Shown: one piece after another, positions 1 to 10,239 of the stretch
Numbering within the stretch: the first letter of the stretch is position 1
Layout of the letters: each line of letters begins with the position of its first letter
Source: Candidatus Helarchaeota archaeon
GTDB lineage: Archaea > Asgardarchaeota > Lokiarchaeia > Helarchaeales > RDOG01
Length of the DNA stretch: 64,000 nucleotides
Assembly (NCBI GenBank): GCA_029838215.1
Contig: JALGVI010000006.1
Coordinates: 38,385 to 102,384 of the forward strand
Direction of reading: 5' to 3'
Notes under the pieces: model-generated
Databases searched by the model: none
Told to the model about the DNA's origin: nothing
Seen by the model: the letters and a program-made list of their open reading frames with translations, nothing else
Made by a program: the position numbers and the translations under genes

Positions 1-1
1 C

Positions 2-1672
2 GGATTTCCACCCGAAAATCTTTTCGCTCCCTTTATTGTATGTTAAAATCCTTCCTTTCATGTCGGCTGTATTTATAGATAAATCAACGGTCTCAAGGAT
101 TAATTCGTTAAGTTCGTGAATCCTTCGGAGTTCATCTTCAGCATTTTTCTGATCGGTAATATCTCTGACAAAGACGCCAGCAAGATCCTTCCCAAAATGA
201 AAGCCCCTTGCTTCATAATGGCGTTTTTCTTTTTTGACATCAAGCGCGAAGGTGAAAACTTGCGGTTCTTTTGTTTCAAAAAGCGTCTTGATCTTTGAAA
301 TAGCGGTTTTTTTCAGATCTCCGGTCAAAAAGTCATCGATTTTACTACCGCGTAAATTTTCAGGTAGCGAGAATAATTGTTCAGGATCGCCTTCAAAATT
401 AACAATTCTAAAATCAGAAGAAATCAAGAAAAATAAATCGGGAGTTATTTCGAAAATTCTTCTAAACTTTTCTTCAGATTCAATTATTTTTTCTTCAGAC
501 CGTTTTCGTTCTGAAATGTCACGAATGATGGCTAAATTGGCAACATCACCATCCCATTCTATAAGCCCACCGCTGATTTCCACGTCAATTATTGTCCCAT
601 CCTTCCGGCGAATTTTTGCCTCAATAAGATCAGGTATGTTTTTTCCTTTTATTCGATCCTCGTAGCGCTTCTTTAACTTATTTATATCTTCCTCAGTGGC
701 GATGAAATCGGTAAATAGCCTTCCTTCAATATCCTCTTTTTGATAACCGAAGACTTCGTTTGTTTTCTTGTTAAAAAAAACGATTTTACCATTTTTTATG
801 ATTACAATCGTGTCATTCGAACGCTCTATTAATTTTCTATACTTCTCTTCGGATTTATATCGTTCATTCTCCAGCTTTTTACGAACTGATATGTCACGTA
901 TTATTGCCAAGTCAGCTGGACGCCCATTCCAATCCACGATCCCCGCGCTCACTTCAGCGTCCAAAAAACTTCCATCTTTTCGTTTGATTTTTATTTCGTA
1001 AAGCGATGGAACACCCTTACTAGTAATGCGATCTTCATATATTTTCATGATTTTTTTAATTAGAGCATCACCTGCAAGGAATTCTTGAAAAGGCCTCCCT
1101 TGCATCTCTTCGCTTGAGTAGCCGAACATTTCAACTGCTTTTTTATTATTAAAAACGATGAAACCGTCTTGAATGATTATGATTGAATCATTTGAACGCT
1201 CGATTAAATTATTGAATTTTCGTTCAGATGTTTCTCTCTCTTTCCGAATGGCTTCTTCTAGCCTTTTCTTATCCGTGATATCTCTTGCAAAATGTGCAAC
1301 AGCGATTACTTCATTCTGGTTAAAAATGGGATATACTAAATAATTATACCAACGGTTATTCTTTGCATCGAGGTGTTCAACAGATACATGTCTTTTCTTC
1401 TCTAATGCGTCCTTAATTGGACACTCAGCACAAATAACGTCATTTCCGTGAAAGATAAGATGACAGGGCTTGCCAACAATGTCTTCATTTTCTCTCACGT
1501 TATGATACAAGCGAGCAAGACGATAGGTGGCTTTATTAGCCTTAATTATGTTTAAATTTACATCTTGAATGATGACAATATCGTTTATTGACTCAAAAAA
1601 CATGTTTAACAGAAAGTTGATGTATTCGACTTTCAAAAGAAAGTCTGATTTATCGCGAAGCTCGTTAGGCAT
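2..1672 (-). CDS. Multi-PAS (PAS S-box) sensor protein, partial; runs off the left edge; paralog of 1792-4062
   Basis: Manually translated open frame from ATG at 1672 (MPNELRDKSDFLLKVEY...) with no stop before position 1, which is why it is absent from the ORF track. It has repeated PAS/PAC units (IIIQDG..VFNN..FGYS; KIKRKDG..DVE; AIIRDIS) in the same order as the neighbouring gene. Confidence 0.9.
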   Translation of the reverse strand, partial: MPNELRDKSDFLLKVEYINFLLNMFFESINDIVIIQDVNLNIIKANKATYRLARLYHNVRENEDIVGKPCHLIFHGNDVICAECPIKDALEKKRHVSVEHLDAKNNRWYNYLVYPIFNQNEVIAVAHFARDITDKKRLEEAIRKERETSERKFNNLIERSNDSIIIIQDGFIVFNNKKAVEMFGYSSEEMQGRPFQEFLAGDALIKKIMKIYEDRITSKGVPSLYEIKIKRKDGSFLDAEVSAGIVDWNGRPADLAIIRDISVRKKLENERYKSEEKYRKLIERSNDTIVIIKNGKIVFFNKKTNEVFGYQKEDIEGRLFTDFIATEEDINKLKKRYEDRIKGKNIPDLIEAKIRRKDGTIIDVEISGGLIEWDGDVANLAIIRDISERKRSEEKIIESEEKFRRIFEITPDLFFLISSDFRIVNFEGDPEQLFSLPENLRGSKIDDFLTGDLKKTAISKIKTLFETKEPQVFTFALDVKKEKRHYEARGFHFGKDLAGVFVRDITDQKNAEDELRRIHELNELILETVDLSINTADMKGRILTYNKGSEKIFGWKS

Positions 1673-1791
1673 TTTCCCCAGCCATCTATTTTAATATTTT
1701 TAATAAGGAAATCCGATCAAAAGCCCTTCCGCTTGAGACGAAATTATCCCGATTACTTCGTTTCTGACATATATCAGTAATTAGACTTATT

Positions 1792-4062
1792 TTAAATTCT
1801 TTTGGCAATACCGAGCAGAGCAATTAGTTTCTTATTCTTATCATGAATTGGCGTAACAACTAAATTCGCAAGTAAGGTTTCGCCATTTTTGCGCACGAGT
1901 CTAACGGCTTTTTCGAATTTACCTTTTTCTAAGGCATCTTTTATGATTTGAGGAACAAGGGTCTGGTGGTCTTCTTTAGGATGAAAAATTTTTATTGATT
2001 TACCGATTACTTCTTCGGATTTCCACCCGAATAACTTTTCGCTTCCCTTGTTATAAGCCAATAATTCTCCGTTTAAGTCGGAAATGTTTATGGGAAGATC
2101 GACGTTATCAAGAATGAGCTGATTAAGTTCACTCGTTTTAGTTAACTCCTCTTCGATCTTGCGTTGTATTGTCAGATCCCGTATAAAAATACCGACTCTA
2201 TCTTCAGAAAAGTAGAGGTATTGTGCTTTAAAATATCGCTGAATGCCTTCAATTGTGAGAAAATATTCCAGACTTTGGGGTTCTTTCGTGTTTAATGTTT
2301 TCCGAATACTCTCCAGACAGGTTGCTTTAAGATCATTTGGAAGAAGATCGATCATTTTCATGCTGAGAAATTCTTCGGGAGGAGCATAAGTTTTCTCAGT
2401 TGCACCCCAAAAATCAAGAATTCTTGAATCACCAGAGACCAAGAAAAATAAGTCAGGTATTGCTTCGAGAATTGTTCGAAACCTTTCCTCGAAGTCCTTA
2501 ATAGTTTTTTCTGCAAATTTACGTTCGGAAATGTCTCGAACGACTACGAGAGCAGCATATTTACCGTTCCACTCAAATAAACTTGTATTATATTCAACAT
2601 CGATAATGGACCCGTCTTTTCGACGGATTTTTAACTCGGTAAGAGAAGGAATTTCCTTTCCCGCAATGAGATCATTGTACTGCTTGATAAGAGCGGGAAT
2701 TCCTTTTTTTTCGGGAAAGAAAGATTTTAAATGAGTTCGCCTTAATTCTTCGTCAGCATAACCAAACATTTCATTTGTTTTACTATTGTTAAAGACCGTA
2801 TAACCGTCTTGAACTATGATGATTGCATCATTTGATCTATTAATTATGGAGCGATATTTTTCTTCAGACTCTTTCAGTTTTCGCTCTGTCAGCTTGCGTT
2901 CGGAAATGTCACGAATTATTACCAAGTCTGCTGGTTTTCCATCCCATTCGATCATTCCCCCACTAATTTCCACGTCGATAATCTGGTCTTTTTTCCCACG
3001 AATTTTTGCTTCAACTACGGAAGGAAGGACCTTTCCGGACATTCGATCCAAGTAGCGCTGATAGAAAGACTTCGCTTCATTTGGATCAGGAATGAAATCC
3101 GTGAATGGACGTCCTTGAACGTCTTCTAATGAATAACCGAATGTATCTTGAGCCATTTTGTTATTATAGACAACGTTTCCATCTTGAATGACAATAATTG
3201 CGTCATTAGATCTCTCGATCAATGTCTGAAATTTCTCCATTGACTTGTGTCGTATTTCTTCCATCTTTTTCCGTTCTGAAATATCTCGAACAATAGCCAA
3301 TCCTGCTGGTCTTCCATCCCATTCAATCATGGCAGCATTCATCTCAACATCCACGGTGGTGGCATCTTTTCGCTTAATCCTTACATTAAATAGGGATGGA
3401 AATGCTCCTTTTTCCAGTCGATCTTTGTATTGCTTGAAGATTGCCTTTGTTTCTTCTTTTCCATCGATAAAATCCTTAATTTGAAGATTCTTTATTTCAT
3501 CAGAAGAGTATCCGAGGATTTTTGTTGCAACCTTATTGTGAAAAACAGCCCGTCCATCTTGAATGATCATTATCCCATCATTTGACCATTCAATGAGATT
3601 TCTATATTTCATCTCCAAGTGCCGCCTTTCTCGTTCAATTGATTCTTCATATTGCTTTTGTGCCGTGAGGTCTCTTACCACGCAGGCCATGGCAACGACT
3701 TTGTTACCATCAAAGATAGGGTAAACGAGATAATTGTACCAACGCTTGTACCTGGGATTATAAAATTCAACGGACGTATTTGTCTTTTTTTGGATGGAAT
3801 TCGAAATCGGACAGTTTTCACATTCAGTTTTACGTCCATAAAAGACGAAATGACATTTTTTTCCTACAATATCTTCTGATACGTGTATGTGATTGTTTAA
3901 TCGAGCCAATCTATATGCCGCACGATTTCCTCGCATGATTCGAAAATTTAGGTCCATTAAAACCATTAAATCGCTTGCTGATTCAAAAAATAAATCTAAA
4001 AGGCTTTTAGAATAATCTAAATGCTTTCGGAGTAACTCTCTATCGAGACCATCCTTACTCAT
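1792..4062 (-). CDS. Multi-PAS sensor protein (about 6 PAS/PAC domains, no kinase or other output domain)
   Basis: 756 aa with repeated PAS/PAC signatures (VRDLT, IVRDIS, IIRDIS, VVRDIS, FIRDLT). It ends directly after the last PAC (LLGIAKRI*). Confidence 0.93.
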   Translation of the reverse strand: MSKDGLDRELLRKHLDYSKSLLDLFFESASDLMVLMDLNFRIMRGNRAAYRLARLNNHIHVSEDIVGKKCHFVFYGRKTECENCPISNSIQKKTNTSVEFYNPRYKRWYNYLVYPIFDGNKVVAMACVVRDLTAQKQYEESIERERRHLEMKYRNLIEWSNDGIMIIQDGRAVFHNKVATKILGYSSDEIKNLQIKDFIDGKEETKAIFKQYKDRLEKGAFPSLFNVRIKRKDATTVDVEMNAAMIEWDGRPAGLAIVRDISERKKMEEIRHKSMEKFQTLIERSNDAIIVIQDGNVVYNNKMAQDTFGYSLEDVQGRPFTDFIPDPNEAKSFYQRYLDRMSGKVLPSVVEAKIRGKKDQIIDVEISGGMIEWDGKPADLVIIRDISERKLTERKLKESEEKYRSIINRSNDAIIIVQDGYTVFNNSKTNEMFGYADEELRRTHLKSFFPEKKGIPALIKQYNDLIAGKEIPSLTELKIRRKDGSIIDVEYNTSLFEWNGKYAALVVVRDISERKFAEKTIKDFEERFRTILEAIPDLFFLVSGDSRILDFWGATEKTYAPPEEFLSMKMIDLLPNDLKATCLESIRKTLNTKEPQSLEYFLTIEGIQRYFKAQYLYFSEDRVGIFIRDLTIQRKIEEELTKTSELNQLILDNVDLPINISDLNGELLAYNKGSEKLFGWKSEEVIGKSIKIFHPKEDHQTLVPQIIKDALEKGKFEKAVRLVRKNGETLLANLVVTPIHDKNKKLIALLGIAKRI

Positions 4063-4332
4063 TTACCCCAACCATTCTTTATATCGAATTTATTTACTGC
4101 ACGCCTTAAGTCAGACGAAAATATCCCCAAAATTCATCGTTTCCTGAAATCCATTTGCGTGCGCTCGAGAATTTATTACTAAAACTTATTCATTTCGCAT
4201 CATATTAAAATTTTTTTAGCTCAAAGAAGTGAAATCGAAAAATGAAGTTTTTTCGAGTTTGGCTTATCAATTTCATTACATGTATAACCATCTGTCTAGT
4301 AAATTAATAGGGAATTTAAGGAAATGAGTAAT

Positions 4333-5130
4333 TCATTCCATGAAATCAAAAATCCTTTTTGGAGGAGAATAATTCAGGATGATCATTTCTTCTCGCATGT
4401 TATCTCCTTTTTTACAGGTCACGCTGTAATTGACTTCGGTAGGAATCACGTGGAAACCCGAGAATTTGTTGACTAAGTCTCGGTTTAAAGTGAGAATGAA
4501 TTTTCCTTTTATACCCCGTAATACTTTAACCAACTCATCATAATTGAACTTGATCCCATAGGAATAATCGGTGTCATAGGGTGGATCAAGAAAAAAGAGC
4601 GTGGTAGGACGATCAAATCTCTTCATTAGGTCCTTATAGTCAAGATTCTCAATAATGGCGTTCTGAAGCCGCTTGTGAGCTTTTTTTACCAAATCGAGTC
4701 CCGTGAACAAGCTACTTTTTGCTTTTTTATCGGGTGTGGATGCAAATGGAGAATTACACCTTCCTTCTTTATTAAATCGGAACAAACCACCATAACTGCA
4801 TTTGATTATGTAATAAAGCCGAAATGCTTTTTCAATGTCATCCAATTCGTTCCAATTGCTCTCCCGATATTCCATGAAAAGATCTCGACTCACCAGAGCA
4901 TATTCAAACTTTTTCAGGAAGATGCCGAGGTCATCCTTTATGACACGGAAGAAGGTGATAAGCAATTGATTGTTATCGTTAATGACTTCGATTCGTGAAG
5001 GTTTTTTATGGAAGAAAACGCTTCCGCCACCAAAAAAAGCCTCAACATAACACTGATGGGATGGAAAGAGCGAAACAATTTTCTGTCGTAAAAGACGCTT
5101 GGAACCGACCCATTTAATTGGACTGTTCAT
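4333..5130 (-). CDS. Dam-like (D12 class, alpha group) DNA adenine methyltransferase
   Basis: N-terminal SPIKWVGSK, motif I EAFFGGGSV, VINDNN, and catalytic FLDPPY. Confidence 0.93.
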   Translation of the reverse strand: MNSPIKWVGSKRLLRQKIVSLFPSHQCYVEAFFGGGSVFFHKKPSRIEVINDNNQLLITFFRVIKDDLGIFLKKFEYALVSRDLFMEYRESNWNELDDIEKAFRLYYIIKCSYGGLFRFNKEGRCNSPFASTPDKKAKSSLFTGLDLVKKAHKRLQNAIIENLDYKDLMKRFDRPTTLFFLDPPYDTDYSYGIKFNYDELVKVLRGIKGKFILTLNRDLVNKFSGFHVIPTEVNYSVTCKKGDNMREEMIILNYSPPKRIFDFME

Positions 5131-6026
5131 TGTTTCGAACCCTTCTCCATGAATGAAATGATATCCCTTTGCCTGTTTTTCTCTCGGGATTCATCACGCA
5201 AGTCACGTATCATCACCCTTGCTTCGGCAATGTTTTGGTCTATCGTGGGCTTGCACGCGGGATTGATTTCAAAACCGATGAAATTACGGCGATTTTTAAC
5301 GCAAGCAACAGCCGTCGTTCCGTTGCCCATAAATGGATCCAAAACCACTGCTTTTTTTCCATTTTCCATCGGTCTTGAAGAATATTTGATGAATTTTTCA
5401 ACGAGTTCTTCTGGAAGTTTTGTTGAGTTCTTTATTTTTCCGCGATTATATGGTCGTTTGATTTCCCAAACATTCTCCATGTAATTCAACCAATATTCAT
5501 CCATGGCTGATACAGGAGACCCGACATTCTGAGAAGAGAGATTCATCACGTCTTCGGGATAATGATCTATTTTATTGAAATAATACTTTTTCGGGTTTTT
5601 CACGAGAAATAACACGTGATAATGACTGGATACGAACTTTCGTTTAGTAAAAACACCAAACTGGTACTTCCAAATGATATGATTCACCGTAATGAAACCC
5701 GCTTTCGCTATAGCATTCAAAATTTCCCGTAATTTGGTCCAGCCAGAAATGAGATAAAATGAACCTGTATTCTTTAAAACTCGATAAACCTCCTTTATCC
5801 ATCCATGAGAAAACTCTTCATAATCTTGCTTTATTTCAGAATAACCGGGAATGACAAGACTCGCCTTTCTATTATATTGAGACCCCATTTTATCAAAATT
5901 AATTCCAAAAGGAGGATCGGCGATCACGAGATCTATTGATTCATCGGGAATGCGCTCTGCCATGCCTTGAATGCAGTCTTCATAATAAATTTTGTCGAGT
6001 TCTAACAAATTATTCGAAAACTCCAC
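5127..6026 (-). CDS. Beta-group DNA N6-adenine/N4-cytosine methyltransferase
   Basis: Catalytic IADPPF precedes SAM-binding VLDPFMGNGTT; FIGFEIN. Its stop overlaps the start of the Dam-like gene (ATGA). Confidence 0.93.
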   Translation of the reverse strand: MEFSNNLLELDKIYYEDCIQGMAERIPDESIDLVIADPPFGINFDKMGSQYNRKASLVIPGYSEIKQDYEEFSHGWIKEVYRVLKNTGSFYLISGWTKLREILNAIAKAGFITVNHIIWKYQFGVFTKRKFVSSHYHVLFLVKNPKKYYFNKIDHYPEDVMNLSSQNVGSPVSAMDEYWLNYMENVWEIKRPYNRGKIKNSTKLPEELVEKFIKYSSRPMENGKKAVVLDPFMGNGTTAVACVKNRRNFIGFEINPACKPTIDQNIAEARVMIRDLRDESREKNRQRDIISFMEKGSKQ

Positions 6027-6112
6027 GTCTAACTTTTGAACTAACGTTAATTATAAGAATTATTTGAATAATTGGAATATTAAAGGATTTTTTCAAATTC
6101 ATTTGAATTAAA

Positions 6113-7624
6113 GTGGTTGAAATGGGTTCTAAAGTTGAACGCGTGATTCAGTTAATATTGGATGACGTGCGAGCTGACCAATTTTTCCAATTACTTGATG
6201 ATGGAAAGTTGCCAAAAATTCGAAAATATCTTGGAGACGGCATCCGTGGTAATTGCACGAGCATTTATCCTGCCATTACCGTTCCAGCGCGCTTGACATT
6301 ATTAACAGGGGCATATCCTGATGCCTATTCTGTCCCGGGAATGCACTGGTATGAACGTCGCACGAATAAAATTCACAATCATGCTTCCCTGCACAGCTGG
6401 GACATCCCGGAAATGTTAGGAGATCGTGTGAAAACGCTTTACGAACAGGTAAGCGGAAATACGGCAGATTTATTTACTTTAATGCACCGCGGCGTAGATT
6501 ATAACTTCCCTACGAAGGCACAAACCGTGGGGATATATATTTGGCATTTTTACATCTTGAGAACCAGTGTCGTGAAAGCAAATGAATTCACGGTCAATAA
6601 AATTCTTGACATGTTCACGAAACCGAGAAAATATTTTGGAAATTCAGACCCACCCAGATTTATTTCGGCATGGTTTTTTTCTTCAGACGACCTGATGCAT
6701 GATCACGGATATGATTCCCGAGAGTACATTTCCAATCTGATCGATATTGACAGACAAATAGGGGTTCTAATCGAAGGAAACAATAAGCATGACGGATTAA
6801 AACAACAGGGATATTTAGATGATACGGTTTTCATTCTTTCCTCTGATCACGGTAACTATAAAGCCAAGCGTCAGGTTATACTTGAGCCATACTTTCAACA
6901 ACACGGCTTGATCCCAATAAAGTCGGGTAAGAAAAATAGAGGCAACTTCGATGTTGCAATGGGAGCGGTTGGTCAGTTTTATTTTAAGGGAAAAGATCCG
7001 AACAGTCGTCCGACTCAAGCAGAGCTGGAAAAATATGGACCAAATGAACTAAACCTATTGAAAATCCTGCGCGGTATTGATGGAATGAAACTACTCTATT
7101 ATCGAGATGATGAGAATACTCCAAAAAAAGGAATGGTCCACGTAGAATATTTGGAAGATGACACGATCATTGAAGGAACAATTGAATATGAAGGAGAGAA
7201 AACACGTTTAACGTTACCCGGAAAAGATTTCTTCGGGTATTCCGATGACAACATGGGTGCAAAAATGCTGGATGGAAAGTTTCACACGCTTGATGAGTGG
7301 ATTCAACACACGCACCACTTGGATTTCCCAGCAGTTGCAGATTATGTCGTTCGACTTTTCAAGAATCCAAATTCGTGTGATGTATTATGTTCTACATTAG
7401 GGGAAACCATTTTTAACTACGAACATGGAAAAACACAAAATTCGCACGTGTATGGACATGATATTGCAACACATACAGGGATGACAACACCTCTCCTCAT
7501 TTCAGGCTCTAACATCACCACGAGAACCCTTGACCATGCAAAGAGTTCAGATTTGGTTCCGACCATTGTAAAATTATTGAATGGAAACCTGGCACCTTCC
7601 GTGGTTGGTAGAAGCCTTGTCTGA
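6113..7624 (+). CDS. Alkaline phosphatase superfamily protein, nucleotide pyrophosphatase/phosphodiesterase type
   Basis: LILDDVRAD, nucleophile region YPAITVP..LLTGAYP, metal ligands SDDLMHDHG, SSDHG and GHD. Confidence 0.88.
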   Translation: MVEMGSKVERVIQLILDDVRADQFFQLLDDGKLPKIRKYLGDGIRGNCTSIYPAITVPARLTLLTGAYPDAYSVPGMHWYERRTNKIHNHASLHSWDIPEMLGDRVKTLYEQVSGNTADLFTLMHRGVDYNFPTKAQTVGIYIWHFYILRTSVVKANEFTVNKILDMFTKPRKYFGNSDPPRFISAWFFSSDDLMHDHGYDSREYISNLIDIDRQIGVLIEGNNKHDGLKQQGYLDDTVFILSSDHGNYKAKRQVILEPYFQQHGLIPIKSGKKNRGNFDVAMGAVGQFYFKGKDPNSRPTQAELEKYGPNELNLLKILRGIDGMKLLYYRDDENTPKKGMVHVEYLEDDTIIEGTIEYEGEKTRLTLPGKDFFGYSDDNMGAKMLDGKFHTLDEWIQHTHHLDFPAVADYVVRLFKNPNSCDVLCSTLGETIFNYEHGKTQNSHVYGHDIATHTGMTTPLLISGSNITTRTLDHAKSSDLVPTIVKLLNGNLAPSVVGRSLV

Positions 7625-9911
7625 TCTAGAGAGGGATCTTGAGCAATTATCCGAAATCATATCAATGATTGCACGCGAGAACATCAACAATCCAGCAATA
7701 GACAGAAAACAACGACACTTCGTAACTTGGAAGAACTGTTATTTCACGGTTCATTCTTCAAACATACCTGATATCGAATTAATTGATTTTTTTTCAGCAG
7801 AATCAGCACGAGTATTGTTAGCATACCTATTATTCATTAAAAAAAATGCAGAATTATTTCACGTCGAGTGGAGTGCATTCAAGTTTAACACGAATTCCTT
7901 TCGAGCTATGGCAGATAGAGTTAAAAAACAATTACTTCCCAATTTTATCGAGTTGACCTTTTATTTTTGGTCATGGCTCAACCCCCATGAGGAAAACTCG
8001 ATTCTAGATGATTGTGAACGGCAACTTTCTTCAGTTCTCTTGCGAATTTTTTCATCATATTCTGATGAGGAGATAAATAAAATCTTCGAAACTCCAGTAG
8101 GGCGTTTACCCAGTCAAAAACAAAAGGACAAAGGAGAATTTTACACGGAAATGGGTATCGTGGATTTCATACTTGATGAAATTGGGTACACGACACGACT
8201 GCACGATAAAAGAATTTTAGACCCTGCTTGTGGTACCGGAAATTTCATTGTAAAAGCACTACAAAGATATATTAACGACTCGTTGCAAGTAGTTCAAGCG
8301 AGATCTTATCTGCAAATCTTGGAGAATCTCTTGAATGTTCCACACGTGGTTGGAATGGACATTGATCTTTTTGCATGTTGCATGAGTAAATTACGTTTTC
8401 TTCACGTGATAAACGATTTAGTCCTTGAGGCAAAAAAACGAAACGATTCTTTTGTTATCAAAAGCATTCCAATCTACTTTACCGATTCATTAATTCCTGA
8501 TGATTTTGAAGAAGATGGTTTAAAAAAAACAGAAGATTATTTGATTTTGGAATCCTTGAAATCCACGCAAGCATGGGATTTTGTCGTGGGAAATCCCCCT
8601 TACATTCGTGCCACGCGTTTTAGAAGCTCGAAAAGAAGCAAATATCGAAAAATTTTTCCTAACATCGCAAGTGGGGCATTCGACATCTCCATTTTATTTC
8701 TTTTTAAAGGAGTGGAGTGGTTGAAAGAAAAAGGTAAACTCGGATTCATCATCACGAATAAATTCTTCATCAATAAATACGCAGAACCATTACGGGCTCA
8801 CTTATTACGCGAAACAAACATCCTTACAATTGTTGATTTAACAAGTTCAGATGTTTTCGAGAACAGGTATGTATCCACGACAATTTTTATCGCAGAAAAA
8901 ACTCGGCGTCCAATGAACGAAGTGCGAATAATACGTGTTAAAAATAAATCCCCAGAAGCAATTCACGAGTTGATGATGCTCAGGACGAAAAAATTTCCAT
9001 TTTCATCGAATGAGTTACAATGTCACGTTAAGGAACAAAGTGAATGGGAACGAATCCCCGGCAATGTCTTTCAAATTTTTAATGATTATAATTTGAAAAA
9101 CATCATTAGAAAAATACAGGGAGATGGAACTTTAAAATTGAAACAAATCGGTAAAATTCACGGAGGAATAATGGGGTTTAATTATCATTCATTACGTCCT
9201 TTAGTAACAGATGAGAAATTGGGAAAAAATCAGTTAAAACTCCTAACACCGGGTCTCATCCGACATTTTCGCGTGCTCTGGGGAAAAAAATCCATGAAAT
9301 TATTTAGACGAAAAGAAACGGGCGATGAACCTGTTAAGTATAAAACTCCTTTTCTTAGAATCGATTCAAGCTTGATTTCAGATAATACGGCTAGCGTGTT
9401 TAGAAAGAGAAAGATTCTCATTAGAAGTGTTGCCCGAGAGTTGACGAGCTTTCTCGATGAAAAAGGTGAATATGCTTATGCCGTGGCAATATTTGCCTTG
9501 CATGACCTGAAAATCCCGGTTCAAACACGAGATTTATTAACAGAAAAAAACGATGACGACAACATAAATGGTTTCCAACATTACTGCGTTGCATTATTAA
9601 ATTCAAGCCTTCTAGATTTTTATCATAAGTTTAATCATGCCCTGGGGCGCATTCCCAAAGGCTCTTATAGGTATACAAAAGAGATGCTCCAAGATTTGCC
9701 GATAAAAATTCCCGCAAACCAATCAGAGCTTGAGATCTACAACAAGATCAGGAAACTTTGTCAGGAAATTCACGAATCAAATCAAGATTTAGAAAAAGTT
9801 GAAGGAGACATTAATTTTAACAAAAAAGAATTAGACAATCTAATTAAAATGATGTACGGAATAACAGCAGACGAATGGAATGGTATCGAATCGTTTCTAA
9901 AGATGAAATAA
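7617..9911 (+). CDS. Gamma-group N6-adenine DNA methyltransferase, TaqI/Eco57I-like, with C-terminal target-recognition domain
   Basis: GEFYT, ILDPACGTGNF, GMDID, VVGNPPY, LGFIITNKF and C-terminal ALLNSSLLDFY. Probable start is TTG 7617, overlapping the upstream stop (the ORF track opens at 7581). Confidence 0.9.
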   Translation: MSDLERDLEQLSEIISMIARENINNPAIDRKQRHFVTWKNCYFTVHSSNIPDIELIDFFSAESARVLLAYLLFIKKNAELFHVEWSAFKFNTNSFRAMADRVKKQLLPNFIELTFYFWSWLNPHEENSILDDCERQLSSVLLRIFSSYSDEEINKIFETPVGRLPSQKQKDKGEFYTEMGIVDFILDEIGYTTRLHDKRILDPACGTGNFIVKALQRYINDSLQVVQARSYLQILENLLNVPHVVGMDIDLFACCMSKLRFLHVINDLVLEAKKRNDSFVIKSIPIYFTDSLIPDDFEEDGLKKTEDYLILESLKSTQAWDFVVGNPPYIRATRFRSSKRSKYRKIFPNIASGAFDISILFLFKGVEWLKEKGKLGFIITNKFFINKYAEPLRAHLLRETNILTIVDLTSSDVFENRYVSTTIFIAEKTRRPMNEVRIIRVKNKSPEAIHELMMLRTKKFPFSSNELQCHVKEQSEWERIPGNVFQIFNDYNLKNIIRKIQGDGTLKLKQIGKIHGGIMGFNYHSLRPLVTDEKLGKNQLKLLTPGLIRHFRVLWGKKSMKLFRRKETGDEPVKYKTPFLRIDSSLISDNTASVFRKRKILIRSVARELTSFLDEKGEYAYAVAIFALHDLKIPVQTRDLLTEKNDDDNINGFQHYCVALLNSSLLDFYHKFNHALGRIPKGSYRYTKEMLQDLPIKIPANQSELEIYNKIRKLCQEIHESNQDLEKVEGDINFNKKELDNLIKMMYGITADEWNGIESFLKMK

Positions 9912-9942
9912 AAAGACCGTTCCTTTTTCAATTAAAAATGAA

Positions 9943-10239
9943 CTAATCATATTTAATTTGATCATAAAATTCCTTGCAAAATTCCAAGACCTCTGGAATC
10001 GGTGCAATCCTGCCGGACTTTAAACGGCGAATGATCCAGCGAAAACTCGGATGTTCCATTATCTTCAGGTCCTGTCCGAGCTTGGCTAATTTATCGATGC
10101 TAATTCGGTTCAAGTCTTTCACGGTCTCTTTTGGAGTTGCTGGCAATATTTTTTTCCTTTGTTCTCTTTCCTTTCTTTTTCGAGCTTGTTCGATCCTTTT
10201 TCTTTCCCGTTCTTCAAGGATTTTTTTAAAATTTTCCAT
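9943..10239 (-). CDS. Hypothetical protein (basic coiled-coil N-terminus)
   Basis: 98 aa ORF coupled to the upstream ORF by a TGATG overlap; fits between convergent genes. Confidence 0.7.
   Translation of the reverse strand: MENFKKILEERERKRIEQARKRKEREQRKKILPATPKETVKDLNRISIDKLAKLGQDLKIMEHPSFRWIIRRLKSGRIAPIPEVLEFCKEFYDQIKYD

Noticed and set aside
116-1001. Plus-strand ORFs 116-298, 234-665 and 768-1001 (also 2531-3879)
   Set aside because: They are antisense shadows of the PAS genes; their similarity to each other just mirrors the PAS repeats.
7581-7616. ORF-track start of the gamma MTase
   Set aside because: It gives a 44-bp overlap with the upstream gene; TTG 7617 overlapping the stop is more plausible.
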